The notes: generated by a model not told the origin, from the sequence alone. Positions 39,930 to 53,057 are shown, counted from the first letter of the whole stretch. The stretch is 62,331 nucleotides of DNA, filler included, from Dugesia japonica (GCA_001938525.1; 6 parts of 6 records of this genome joined end to end with filler, not necessarily neighbours in it); one strand, 5' to 3'. Numbers and translations: made by a program.

Positions 39930-41483
39930 GACCACATAATGCTATACTTAAGTATATGATGTAAATCATATCCTTCAAATTGTGAAATAGAGCGGGTAGT
40001 TGTACATTTATTCTTCGGCTTAGATTGCATTTACTACAAGCTGCTCCAATATACTTTATGGTGAAATGATCATGATCACGAACCATGTTGTTTATAGGAT
40101 ATTTACATAAGTGAATATTTATAGAAGCAGCAAATAATATTTTTTATGTCAATGTTAATGCATTCATTTTCTTTTTTCCGTTGGTTTGATAATAAGGGTT
40201 AACAACATTATTGTTTACTTTTTTTACTGCCTTTAAGACATCAAATACACAATCATTTCCAATAAACTGACTGTATTTCACCTAGTTGGTAAAATTATTT
40301 ACTAATAGGAGTCCAGCCAAAATAAGTAAATGTTTCTGGAAATGTTTTTCATCGGGAGCCAATACTGATTTAAAATCAGCATATATCACAAAAAGAGGAG
40401 TTACTGTTTTTGAGTAATCTTTGAACTCTAAATTTGTTTTTGTCGACATAGTGTATAATGTGGTGCCCATCTGAATTTTATCACAAATTGGTTCATGAGT
40501 TTTATAAGCCATATTATCTCGGAATTCATTAAGACAATTATGGTACCACGTTGATCAAATTCATACACCATTCTTTTTCATATCTCAATTCATTAGTCTG
40601 TTTAGATTCATTACTGCGGTGTAATGAAATTTGTTGGTATCTTCTAATAATAACAGATAAATTTTCCTACTCTGACTACTTTAGACCTGTGAATTATGTC
40701 TAAATTCTAGTGTTTCTTAACAATATCATTCTCATCATCTACTATTGAATTCTGATTCCACAAAAAGATACTAATTGATAGTTTGGGATTTCTTTTCTCA
40801 AATTTGGGTATGTTCACCAACTTCATTGGGATATCAACTTCATCAAAATTTAACTCTGACATCTATTTTTGATAATTTTCTACTCGATTCCTATGATTTT
40901 TATCAATTGCATTTTCTTTGATAATAGCAAGAATACTATAAATAAAACATAAATTGTACTTGTTCTTAACATTGACTATTGCTTTTTTCTTAGAAAAGTT
41001 GATAGGCGTTGGGATGTAACTTTTACCGGAAAGTCTTATAATACCAGATACCTTGGTAATTTTGAAATTTATTTCTAATATGCGGTTCAGTATCCAACTT
41101 GAATCAATTTCGTTTCGTATTGCAATTTTATCGTTTAATGCTTTTATTCCTTCTTCGAAAAAAGTATAGTTTAAGGAGACAGCACGGTTTGATAATCTGT
41201 AAGTTTTTGTTACTTCATCTTTAATAAATTTCACATTGATTCCGAATTGAATTTTAACATTTTAAAATTCCTCTATGGTTTTAAATAATTGTTGAATCAA
41301 AGAATTTGGTAAAACAATTTCTGATGTATTCCACTTTGATATATCGATTTTAAATATCTGATGACATCGGTATAGATCCCCTTCAATCAACACATCATCA
41401 TTTAGAGAGCTACCAACAATCATTCTTTTTTCTTCATCAATAAACTTTTGTAATATATCATCACTTTCATCCATTTCATTCAC
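39930..41483 (-). pseudogene. Polinton pPolB N-terminal half (copy 2) with endonuclease VII-like Zn finger
   Basis: LSGKSYIPTP..KKAIVNVKNKYNLCFIYSIL, exo I YADFKS, VRDHDHFT.KYIGAACSKCNL, exo II LFHNLK. Clearly homologous to 60890-62065. Confidence 0.92.
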
Positions 41484-41567
41484 TATATTTTTGTTATTAT
41501 TGTTGGGATTTTAGGATTTATTATTTTAAACCTATGCTACTCTCACAATTATCTTGGTATGATTACC

Positions 41568-41667
41568 NNNNNNNNNNNNNNNNNNNNNNNNNNNNNNNNN
41601 NNNNNNNNNNNTTAATTAATTAANNNNNNNNNNNNNNNNNNNNNNNNNNNNNNNNNNNNNNNNNNNN
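41568..41667. other. Artificial contig spacer
   Basis: N44-TTAATTAATTAA-N44. Confidence 0.95.
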
Positions 41668-42110
41668 TAATGAGACCATAAGAATGTGATCCATCATGAG
41701 CTTTTCAAACCTATTCATAGGGAAATTGAACCAAGATCAGAAAATTCGTCTGAGGCAGACATGGCGTGAAAAACGATCAGAGTGTTAGATAGGGCAATAT
41801 AAATTCATTTTTGTGCTTAACAATGCCTGGCTTTACGTCACAAAAGAAGTTCAGGAAATTTTAAAGAAACGTAATTGTAAAATGTTAATCAAACCGGCTT
41901 AGTCACNAAACTGTGTCTCTTCAGACCTATTATCTGTTTTGGTTGATGAAACACTCACTTATTGAGAAACACTTCCAATTCTTCGAATAAATTGAAAAAT
42001 GAGTCATTGGCTGGTCAACCACTAAAGATGCAGATGTTTTTGTTGCGGAATTCATTAGTTTCTAAAAAATGAGAGAAAGTCATTGATAATAATAGCTAAT
42101 ACTTTGAATA
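41668..42110 (+). mobile_element. mariner transposase C-terminal remnant
   Basis: NNAWLYVTKEVQEIL..KPA*S.NCVSSD/YYLF resembles HDNARPH..HPPYSPDLAPSDYYLF. Confidence 0.7.
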
Positions 42111-42699
42111 ATGGATTCTTTTTTGATTTGTATTTAAATAGATATAAAATTGTAGAACATGCTCACTTTCAACGCACGTATCAATAATCAAGCTGCGAGT
42201 TACATCATGTTTTCAAAAATACTAACGTTTATTCTACATAAAAATGATGTTGGTTTACAATTATTTCAAGGTGTCGTTTTTTTCAAAATATAAATTCATA
42301 CCACTATAACTTGTATGCACTCTGTAATAATTTATACACGCTTTGTAACTCAAGTNNNNNNNNNNNNNNNNNNNNNNNNNNNNNNNNNNNNNNNNNNNNN
42401 NNNNNNNNNNNNNNNNNNNNNNNNNNNNNNNNNNNNNNNNNNNNNNNNNNNNNNNNNNNNNNNNNNNNNAAGTATAGAAAGCACAAATAAAATTTATTAT
42501 TTTTTTTAACATAAGAATCTGTATTTTAAAATTTATGTTTATAATCAGTTTAAAATTGTAATTATATTTAGTAAATTCTAATTTATTTTAAAATCACTTT
42601 TATAATTATTACTAAATCCATATTAATTAAAATGTGTCGATCAATATTTAATTATATTTGAAGTAAATTGCTTAATTATTCCGATAATTCTTATTAAAC

Positions 42700-42975
42700 G
42701 ATTTTTTAATTTAATTAAATTTAAAGTTTTTTTCAAAATATTGTTTTTCTATTTTTATTTTTTTTGTGGTTCTTTATAGTATTTCAAATTTTCGACTTTG
42801 TCTTTGTCAGAAATCGAAGGAAAAGTGGAAAATTCAAAATACTACCAAGAACTAAAAAAAATAAATATAAAAAAAGAAAAACAATATTTTGATTGAAGCT
42901 TTTAATTTATTGAAATCTCAGATGCGATCGATTTTTAAGTCCACCAATCATTCTCGCAATAATTTTACTTGTAAA
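42700..42975. mobile_element. Second fold-back copy of the hammerhead-repeat family
   Basis: Minus strand CTGACAA-AGAC-AAA-GTC-GAAA-ATTT (~42786-42809) between inverted arms; family tail at 42920-42975. Confidence 0.65.
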
Positions 42976-43589
42976 ACTATATTTTATTAATAATTCCATA
43001 CATGAATTTTTTTAGATTTGTATTCATTTCTATACAATTGTAATACACTGTGTAATTAATAAGAATAAATACAATTATTATTTATTATCTCGTTATATCG
43101 TACTTTTTCTCACATCTTATAAACTAAGTTATAACTCTACTCATCATATATTCAATAATTTTATATACATAAATAATATTGTTAAAACAATTAATTATAT
43201 TTTTTTCTTTGAATTGCCAAAAATAAAAGTCATTCTACGATTGTTCGGACTAATTGACTAATTATAATTGTTAGAAAATATTAATTGCAGAGTTAAATTT
43301 TCTGATTTTTTTACTGGGATTTTGGAAAAACAATTGAATATAAACTANCGCAAAATAATTTGAAAAGAATTTAAATTAAATTGCTAAAAAAAGATGATGA
43401 AATTATATTTCGTATTATCGCAGTATTTTTTTTAGAAAGAAAATTTGAATTTTTAAATTTTAAAAATGTAGTTTAGAAATAAAAGTTAAAATTCAAAGTG
43501 GAAATAGCAAAACAATAGCAAAGTTTGTAAAGATAGGGTTGAATAATCCAAACGTTTCCCAGTATTATTTGTACATCTCTACTCCATAT

Positions 43590-43826
43590 CAGCGTTTCCC
43601 CAATTTTTTTGACCGCGGCTCGGTACGAGGTTTTAAAAATTTTTTGCAACCCGCTTTCTGAAAGAAAGAACCATATAAGTAATTAAAAAATTAATAATTA
43701 TATTTAATTAAAACTTTAGTAAATGAAGTAAGCTTTGTTTCCACAAATTTTATCTTTAATGCTGTTTGTCATCACATAATAATTTAAATGGTGCTGGGCC
43801 GCGACACACACTTTAATAAAACGATG
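43590..43826. mobile_element. hAT MITE
   Basis: CAGCGTTTCCCCAA..CCGCGG and GGGCCGCGACACACACTTTAATAAAACGATG ends. Confidence 0.55.
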
Positions 43827-43880
43827 TTCTATATGATCGGGATATAATACTTATAATAAGATCTATACTTAATCGCATAT

Positions 43881-43886
43881 ATAATG

Positions 43887-43950
<64 letters not shown>

Positions 43951-44000
43951 NNNNNNNNNNNNNNNNNNNNNNNNNNNNNNNNNNNNNNNNNNNNNNNNNN

Positions 44001-44067
<67 letters not shown>

Positions 44068-44072
44068 AAATA
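43881..44072. repeat. (TAA)n microsatellite
   Basis: Direct reading. Confidence 0.95.
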
Positions 44073-44209
44073 ATGGTTTAATAAACTTTAATTTAATTTA
44101 TTCATTTAAATAATAAATAAATAAAAATTTTAATTTAATTAAATATTATAGTAACTATTATATTGTAATTTAATGGTAAAAAATAGTAAATGTACATTCA
44201 TTTATTTAG

Positions 44210-45463
44210 ATATGGGCTGCTGTACTACTAGGGCTAATGATTACTTCATTTATGTGTTTCTGTCTCTCTACACATGAAGAGTTTCGTAAAAAAACTCGAC
44301 GACACTTAAGCTATAATAATAGCAGTATTTGCAATAAAGAAAATATTGAAAATAACAGAAAGATTAGGCGAGACTGTACCACAGAACCTTTAACTGCTTT
44401 GGTACTTTTAGATGTTTTGCTCAATATTATATTTACTGTAGAATTTTTTCTCAAATTATTATTAGCCCCGTATAAAGCAAAATTTCTCAAATCTTCTATC
44501 TCAATTCTCGACATTTGTATTATGTCCTCATATTGGATTTATACTACACTTTTCTATTTTTACTATTATTATCCATCCGCTTTAAACCAAAATCTAACTC
44601 AGGATGCAACAATCCTTTGGGCATTGAATGTCTTATCAATGACCCAATCATTAAGAATTCTTAGAATATTTAAGATATCAAAAATTTCACGCGGACTTCG
44701 TGTTCTTATGCTCACTATAAAAAAGAGTATCCCCGAATTGGTGCTTCTTGCGTTTTTATTGATGAATGGAATGTTTCTTTTTTCTTCTCTTATTTATATG
44801 GCAGAATACAAAGAGAGTTCAACATTTCCGGATATACCAAAGGCTTTTTGGTGGTCAATTGTAACTTTGACTACGGTAGGATATGGAGACAGTTATCCAA
44901 GAGGTGGTCCAGGGTATTTAGTTGGTTCTATAACTGCAATTTGCGGTTGTATACTAACTGGATTAGCCATTCCAATTATTGGTAATAATTTCAATACATA
45001 TTATATGTATATGAAAAATCAGTTGAAAGAAGATAAATATTTAAAAGAGCTTGAAAAAGACATGTCTCATTGTGCTAAAACAACAAAAATAAATGGTCAT
45101 AAAGGTGTAAATAAAGGAAAATGTGCTGTCGTAAATAAGGATTCGTCTAATAATTTTATGTTTCGTCGAAAATTTACAACTGTCGAATGTCCGTTATTTG
45201 CAGCCAATTTAGCTGGGCTTCCAAGACCAATGTCTGATGCAGCAATTCAAAATAAAAGCCCTGAAACTAGTGTTACATCCAGCCAAATACCAGTTATTGA
45301 TCCTTCTGATGAGATGATCGATGGATCTATTGTTAGTTTTAGTAAGCCAAGCAGTACTACGCAAAAAGATGAAAATGATTGTGGAGAAATTAATATAGCG
45401 TTCAGTTCATCTTATAATACTGGTCTTGATCAAAACAAAAAGCAAAGAGAAGATTATGTTTAA
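44210..45463 (+). CDS. Voltage-gated K+ channel, Shaw/Kv3-like; terminal exon encoding S1-S6 and the C-terminus
   Basis: Acceptor TTTATTTAG then IWAAVLLGLMITSFMCFCLSTH (S1), FTVEFFLK (S2), LRILRIFKISK (S4), FWWSIVTLTTVGYGD pore, S6. Intact frame; the T1 exon is not in this contig. Confidence 0.95.
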   Translation: MWAAVLLGLMITSFMCFCLSTHEEFRKKTRRHLSYNNSSICNKENIENNRKIRRDCTTEPLTALVLLDVLLNIIFTVEFFLKLLLAPYKAKFLKSSISILDICIMSSYWIYTTLFYFYYYYPSALNQNLTQDATILWALNVLSMTQSLRILRIFKISKISRGLRVLMLTIKKSIPELVLLAFLLMNGMFLFSSLIYMAEYKESSTFPDIPKAFWWSIVTLTTVGYGDSYPRGGPGYLVGSITAICGCILTGLAIPIIGNNFNTYYMYMKNQLKEDKYLKELEKDMSHCAKTTKINGHKGVNKGKCAVVNKDSSNNFMFRRKFTTVECPLFAANLAGLPRPMSDAAIQNKSPETSVTSSQIPVIDPSDEMIDGSIVSFSKPSSTTQKDENDCGEINIAFSSSYNTGLDQNKKQREDYV

Positions 45464-45859
45464 TCAATTACTAAATTGATTTATTTTCATTATATCATTT
45501 AAAGTATTGTCTGCCATTATTGCGCATTATTCTTTTTTTTTGATAAAATTTATTTATTTAACAAAGATTGTTTATGAAAGAAAGAGATTTTTTTGAATTA
45601 GTAAAACAAGCTGTTTTTGTGGATGTGAAATATAGTTATTAACATATTTTAGTTATTTCAATATTTTATCAAATTTTTATAGGACATAGACAAAATAAAC
45701 CAAAAAAATACACATTAGCTGTTTAGATGACCTTTTAATCTCAAATGATAATGCTTCTTAAAAATCTGTTACCCAGAGAAACAAACTATATTTAGTTTAA
45801 AATACTAGATCCTCAGTTTTTGTTTTAAAGGTCTTATTTAAAAACAACAATTTATTTAA

Positions 45860-46180
45860 TCAGCAATGAAGTATCCATCCTGTTCTATTACTTGTTTCCA
45901 ACGGAAAACCACGTTTTAAGTTCTTTTGCTGAAGTAATTTCTTTCTTAGAATCAAAAAACTCGATGAATCCTTCTGAAACACCATCGTATTATTGAAATA
46001 TTTTACCAGAAAGGAAATGGTACATAGACCGAAATAAAAAGTAGTTGGACGGTGTTAGTCCTCGAAAATATTGTGGATTAGGGAAAATATCCTAGCTAAA
46101 TTTCCTGATTTTCCAGAGAATCACTTTTGCGGTGTGCTACATGGCATTATCTTGATGCAAGATAACGCCTTTTCTATTAG
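45860..46180 (-). mobile_element. mariner transposase C-terminal remnant
   Basis: HQDNAM*HTAK and PNPQYFRGLTPSNYFLFRSM. Confidence 0.75.
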
Positions 46181-46299
46181 CCAAATGCAATAAAAATTTG
46201 TTGTCTTTCTTTTTCTAGTTGTCATTTCATGTGCATTCTCCCAAACACTAAAAAATATTTTTTTTCCTTAGACGTTCAGTTTTGGAGTTGATTTTGAAG

Positions 46300-48502
46300 T
46301 TTGGCCGAATAACAGATGGATAAAAAGATGCACTGAAAAGATTGTATTTCTCGGAAACCGGAAATTCTAAATAAAATCTTAAATCATAGAAAACTTTATA
46401 AGGATATAAATAAAACGATGAAATTTTAACTTAGTTATTCTTTATTTAAAAAAGAACTTTGAAAAAAATGAAAATTAAGGGAAAATTTTATTTCGGGTTC
46501 CTGCTAAAATTTGCCGGTAAAAAAAGTATAAATAAGCAGTAGTTTTTCATTTATTTTAGGATAAAACTAATATGAGTGCTTCAAAACGATATAAAAGAAG
46601 CATTGTTTGAGAGTAGTTTTGTGATTGATGGAGAAAGTATTCACTTAGCAAGATATAATCTCTGTAACGAAAGAATTACACGAGGATTAGCCGGAAAAAC
46701 AAGAGATTTTAGTACTACTCTTTTGATGTATCACCTTAATGAAAAACATCCATATGTTCATAAAACAATTGAAAGTGGCAAATTATCAAAAAAGCTCGAC
46801 GAGAATACTTCATCAGGTAGTTCCCAGAAAACTATATTCCAATGTTTTGAAAAATCAATTCAGTGGTCAATTGATTCTCCTCAAGCAACCAAAATTCATT
46901 TTTTAAATTGGAAAGATGATAGCTTTGGATATTTAGCCATTGCAAATAGTTGAAAATGCTTTCAATTGTTGCTTAATAATTTGGAACCAAGATATAAAAT
47001 TTTTTCGAGAAAATATATTTCAGAAAATATTCTACCTAGTTTATTTGATAAAATGAAATCAAATATTTCGAATGCATTAAATGGTATCAGAAATATTTCA
47101 TTTTCTGCAAACATGTGGATTGCAAGTTTTTCAATTCAATCATTTATGTGTCTCACTGCTCATTGGATAGATGATGTTTTTAATCAGAAATTTGCTGTTT
47201 TATTTTGTGAGCATTTTNNNNNNNNNNNNACATCTGATAATATAGGCGCATCATTCAGAATAATTATCAAAAATTGGTCCATCAAATTATCCGACTGTCA
47301 TACTATTTTACACGATAATGGTGAAAATATAAAAAAAGCTTTTCATTGCTTAGAAATTTCACAAAGTTTTTGTGTTGCGCATACTATTCAATTAATTATT
47401 CATTATGGTTTTAAAAATTAGTAGGATATTCAACAGATTTAATCAATTATAAGAATGTTTGTTGGGAATTTCAAGAGTTCTACATGTTCAAGTGCTAGAT
47501 TGAGAGAAATCCAGCTAAATTTGCATCTTTCTGCTTTACAACTAATTTAAGATGTTGNTATTAGATGGAATTCAACATTTTATATGATATGCAGATTTCA
47601 TGAGATAAAGAATTCCATAACTATATTTTGTTCTGAAAATGAAAGGGTTTCAAATCTAACTGCAGCTCAATATTAATCGAGGACCTTATCAATATATTGA
47701 GTTCATTTGAGGAAATCACCCGTGATTTATCAAAAGAATGTGCAACAATTTCGATAGCTATTCCTGCAATAAGAGCACTTAGTCTTTTGATGTCGAAACC
47801 TTCAACAAATAATTCAATACAATCATAAAAGAACTCTTTTAAGGATTCAATTTTGAGTCGATTTTCAAATTTGGAAGATCTTGTATCTTTAATCGCTACC
47901 TGTCTTGATCCAAGATTTAAAATGAAATTTTTTCAATCAAACGAAACAAAATTTACTATTAAATCGAAAATTCTGAATACTGTTGGATATAGCACTGATT
48001 CTGAAATATTTCATTCAAATGAAGAAAAGAAACATAAAGTCGAGGAAAATGATATTTGGGGTTTCCTTGATGACGTTAATGATACAATTATTCAAAATAA
48101 CTTCGGTCAAAATGATACAGAAAATGAAGTGAGTATTTATTTATCTGAAAACTCTAAATGAAAATATATTCGATTGGTGGAGACATAATTCCAAGAGATT
48201 TCCATTTTTGTACGAGGAAGCCCAAAACTATTTATCTGCTCCTCTGACCACTGTTCCACCTGAAAGAGTATTAAGTTCTGCTGGTGATGTAATAAGTAAA
48301 CATCAATCAAGATTATTACCGGAAAATGCTGAAAAATTAATAATATTGAAGGTTAACATGAAATATGTCGATTAATTTTAATTTAATAAAAATGAATTTT
48401 TTATTTAAATTTATTCCGGTTCCGGTTATCCGTCGGAAATATATTTTAGCCCGAGAATTTTAGGTTCCAACGGAATAGAAAATATTTCATTCCGCCCAAT
48501 CC

Positions 48503-48505
<3 letters not shown>
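46300..48505 (+). mobile_element. hAT (Ac/ZBED-like) transposon with a decayed transposase (46576-48375)
   Basis: BED finger remnant, SFMCLTAHWID, HDNGENI, CVAHTIQL, RWNSTFYM, CLDPRFK, WWRHN..RFP, PERVLSSAG, RLLPENAEKL; right TIR CCGCCCAATCCCTA. Confidence 0.92.
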
Positions 48506-48532
<27 letters not shown>

Positions 48533-48536
<4 letters not shown>

Positions 48537-48678
48537 TCATACTGATCTAGAAAAACGATGATTCATTGTCTTTGTTCTAGTCATCGATGAGTCATACTTA
48601 TGACTCATTGTCTTTGTTATAAAAGTTCTTTGTCTAGGGGGGAGAGCGGGTGATCCAGTGCGCTACTATCTACCTACT
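48533..48678. mobile_element. Isolated Polinton terminus fragment
   Basis: Ends GTGCGCTACTATCTACCTACT; contains three TGA(G/C)TCA motifs. Confidence 0.65.
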
Positions 48679-49104
48679 ATATGTATTGTGATGAAATTGA
48701 AAACACTCTTTTGCTCTCTGTTAAGGTGGGCTGAATTTTATTAACCGAATATGGTTTGTAATATTTCCAGTTGACTCGCACATTTGTATTTCCTTCTGAA
48801 TTCGTATTTTTTTGAACTGATGTATTTGTTTTTTCATGTTTGGAAAGACTTTAAATGGCCTCAGCCAATCTATTTTTTAGATCAATTTCATTCACAATTT
48901 CTTCAGGTTCTTTTTATGTGCTACCTTCATATGTAATTGTGCTGATTGCAAAAATACTCTGTTCTACATCTTTTCTTGAATAAACAACGAAATACAGATA
49001 AATAATCGTTGTATCCTTTAAGGCTCAATTTTCCAATTTCTTTAATATAGTCAAATATTACTGATTCAGGTTCTAAATGATATGGCAATAATTAGTATTA
49101 ACAT

Positions 49105-49973
49105 CGTACCGATTAAACTTTTATTGATAATTAAATAAATTATTGTACTTTGATTGTTACATTTTGATTTATTAAACAAAAATTGACATTACTTTTTAAA
49201 CAACCTAATATTAAAAAATTCATTTTAAAAATTTTCTGTATTTAATGCGGCTTGGTAAACGCCATTAATGTTACGCGTTGTCTCTACTTATGATTTATTT
49301 TGCTTGAACTTGTAGAGCATGCAATTACGCTAATATTGTACTGATGATTTGAAGATGAGTTTTCGTACTGAACCAATTTCTCATCACCAGTTACAATAAA
49401 ATTAAGAAAAGAAGCTTTATCGTGTTGAATAAACAATGAATTACATATGGGTTATCGTTGCACATCATTCCCTTTAAGGTTTCTTTTTCAATTGCCTTTA
49501 GATTTTCCAATATTGTTGATCTTGGTGACTTTAATTCCTTTTCCATCTCGTCCGGGGTCATCATCTTCTACCAACAAATTGTAAAGAACTTAATTGCCAA
49601 TGGTCTTCCTGATCTTGGCTTATTATTCAATGAAAACGTAGCAAAACATCTTCTTAACTTCATTTCATTCAATGCAGCTTGGTACACGCCATTATTGTTG
49701 CACNTGACTCTGATGCTGATTTATTCTGATAGAATTTGTAGCTCGTGAATTTGCACTACTAATGCACTGATGGTTTGAAAAGGGTTATTTGTTAATGTTA
49801 AAGATATTTTATTTTAAATTTTCAAAAATAAACAATATTATTTACTTTATTTAAACATTTGAGAATAAATAGGATTAACTTCGTAACGATTATATTTTCA
49901 TTGATAATTAAATAAATTATTGTATTTTGATTTATTAAACAAAAAACGGACATTAGTTTTTGGACGACCTAAT
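49105..49973 (-). mobile_element. mariner 5' half plus a duplicated 5' end
   Basis: Minus strand LNNKPRSGRP and FLNFIVTGDEK. About 49125-49210 repeats directly at about 49900-49973, ending ACCTAATA. Confidence 0.8.
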
Positions 49974-50738
49974 AATATTAAAAAATTAATTTTTAAAAAT
50001 ATTTGTCTTTAAATCTATTTGATGAATAATATTCTGGAATTATAATTTTAAGTTATTTTTCTGAATCTATTTTACTTAATTAATCATCAGTAGTATAAAT
50101 AAAGAATAATAATTCAATAAAAGCTAAATTAAAATAAGATAATTGAAATAATTTTCTCGTGTTCAATACTGAAATATTTTATTTAAACAAACTGTCCTAA
50201 CAAGGCCTATATTGGTTTACTTNNNNNNNNNNNNNNNNNNNNNNNNNNNNNNNNNNNNNNNNNNNNNNNNNNNNNNNNNNNNNNNNNNNNNNNNNNNNNN
50301 NNNNNNNNNNNNNNNNNNNNNNNNNNNNNNNNNNNNNNNNNNNNNNNNNNNNNNNNNNNNNNNNNNNNNNNNNNNNAGTTAATTAGAAAAATAAAATANT
50401 TTCTCAACTGAGAATATATGTAAATTCATTATATGGTCCACCATAAAAATTTTTCGTTTTTAAAAAAAGTTGGTTATTTGTTAACCGTGAAATGTTATTC
50501 TAACATTTGTTAATATCAATATTAATATCTTATTTACAACAAATATAAATGAAATATTAAAGAAAAATCATATAAATTTGTTTATTTATTACGAAATTCA
50601 AATAGGTCCACCAATTTAAAATTTGATTTTTTGATTGATTTATATAAAATATAATTATTATCAAGTTAAAATATAATAAATTAATTATATTGCATAGTTT
50701 TTAACACAAAAATATTTATAAAAGTTAGGCTTTCAAAA

Positions 50739-51520
50739 ATGAGAAGAAGAAAGTCATTGTCCAAGGTGGGAATTAATTCAATCAAAGCGTACAGAGATTG
50801 TGGACTGATAAAACGGGAAAACGGTAAGAAATTTGGTGTATCACACAATGTGATCAATAATTACTTCAAATTAAAGAAGAATTATGGGTGAAATTGTAAA
50901 CCGCATGGTAATAAGAAAGTATACTCGATAACTGAACGCCACATTTTCCGTAATGCTGTCAATAATCAAATGAGTGCTGTAGAGATAAATGCCCAAATGA
51001 ATTTACCAATTACTACAAGACACACACAACGAATTCTGCAACTAAATTCACTAAGAGTTTGATGTAAAAGAGTTGAGAAACCAAAATTGACTGTCAGACA
51101 TTATGAGGCTCGTTTGGCTTTTGCATATGGCATATAGCTTGGAGAAATGAATAGCAAAGTGTTCGCTTCACCGATGAAAAGAAATTTAATCTGGATGGAC
51201 TAGATGGTTTTTAATATTATTGGTGTGATCAAAGAAAGGAGCCTAAAATGTGTTTCAGTAGAAATTTTGGGGGCGGAACAGTGATGGTGTGCAGTGAGTG
51301 GGCAGCATGCAGTCCTAACCTTAATCCTGTAGAAAATTTGTGCGGAATTATCACCAGACAGGTTAACAGTTGTTGATGACAATTTCAAATCGTTTCGGAG
51401 CTCAAAGCTCATATTAATGAATCATAGGAGTAAATGACACGGGAGAACCTTGTTAAATCTATGCCGCAACTCATTTTTGAATTGATGTTAAATAATATAA
51501 GGCAAGTGAAATATCAGATA
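50739..51520 (+). mobile_element. Tc1/Tc3-like transposase remnant
   Basis: FTDEKKFNLDGLDGF*YYWCD..RNFGGGTVMV and CSPNLNPVENL. Confidence 0.85.
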
Positions 51521-51659
51521 AATGTTATTCACCTTTTTGATATTTTTATGATGTATTTTGTTCGTAAAAAGTTTTTTAAAAGAAATTTTGTAGATTAGTC
51601 TTCAAAGCAACTAGAGAGAGATTCACTCTTTCATAAATTATCATATTCAGCAATGAAGC

Positions 51660-52338
51660 TCATTTTTAGTTAAATGACTTTGCAAATAAGCAAAACTTTC
51701 TGACTTAGAGTACGAAAAACCCGCATGCTGTTTTGGAACAATCAATACAAAAAGTAATAGTTTGGTGTGGTTTATTGTCTGGGTGTGTAATTGGAAAAAA
51801 AACGGCTATTCAGTTACCAAAGATAGAGAAGGTTACAGGAACATGATTTCTGATTTTTTGTGGAATGAATTACAAGATTTTGATTTAAACAAAAGGTCGT
51901 TTCAACAATATGATGCAACATGTCATACATCTCATGGTTCAAGAAAATGGTTCCTTGGCCAAAAAATCACAAAATAAGCCGATGAAGACTGACCAGAAAA
52001 TCAGGTAATATAACTCCGTTGGACTTCTTTCTTTGAAGTTACGTTAAATTATTCGTTTATAGTAAGAAACCTTAAACACTCAATGATTTGAAAACCAGCA
52101 TTAATCGTAATTAATAGGTAGAATTAATGCTGACTTGTGTAAAAAATTGACCAAACCTTAGTGTTTCAAAATCGCATTTTAAAAGGGTTCCGAGGTGGTT
52201 ATTTACAAGAAAAAAATTGTTTTATTAAAAATGTTATGAATCAATATTTAATACAAATATAAATAACATTGATTTCTTACACCATTTCTGATTTTTATTT
52301 CAAATTAAAAATATGTAGTTGTTATTTGATAACTCTAT
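51660..52338 (+). mobile_element. DD41D (rosa-like) Tc1/mariner remnant
   Basis: YRNMISDFLW..SFQQYDATCHT and ITPLDFFL*SYVK..VY..KP*TLNDLK. Confidence 0.75.
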
Positions 52339-53057
52339 ATAAACAATTAAAGACTTTTCCATTTTCGTAAAAGTAAATTTATTAATTTAGCATTGTATTC
52401 GTATTTAATATATTCAACTGTCCATCGTATAGTGATTATTTCCGATTTATCTAATGATGTTAAAATGTAATGTGTTCGATTTCGCTTATTATGAGCACTG
52501 CTAAAGCCATCATTGTTAAATATGTTTATTTTTCTTGAAATCGTTCATGTATTTGGGATAGGTCTTCCAGTGAACGTTTCTGCGAATGCAACTTGAATTT
52601 CTATAACAGTTTTCCCGTTATTTCGGCATTTCACTATCCGTATTTTTGCAATAACCGTATACATAAGTTTAAAATTTTCTTAATAATTAAATATAGCATT
52701 TGAAAAAAACCGATAAAAAATTCTAATTATTATTGCACGTTAACAAAGAAAACAAATATGTGTGTTTCAAAAATTTCAGGATTAACAATAAAATATTTGA
52801 AATTAAAGATTAAATTGATTGCTTAAAATTCATCATATGTTTCTACCCATGCTTAGGAAAATTGTTCACCTTCTCTTTTGTTGCTAAGAGAGATATTTTG
52901 AAACTAGTCTTCAATGAAGAGGTTTTATAATAGTCTGTTAGATTTCAATTCTCGAAGGTTTCTTCTAATTTATGGACATTCTGGGTCTCTTACTATCAGA
53001 AATTTTTGTAAAACTAAATATAAGGCAGTGCTTTATATATGGAAAAATACGACAATA

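Noticed and set aside
27590-45463. One K+ channel gene with Polintons inside its intron
   Set aside because: The exons lie on different contigs separated by two artificial spacers, and splice phases (2 versus 0) do not match.
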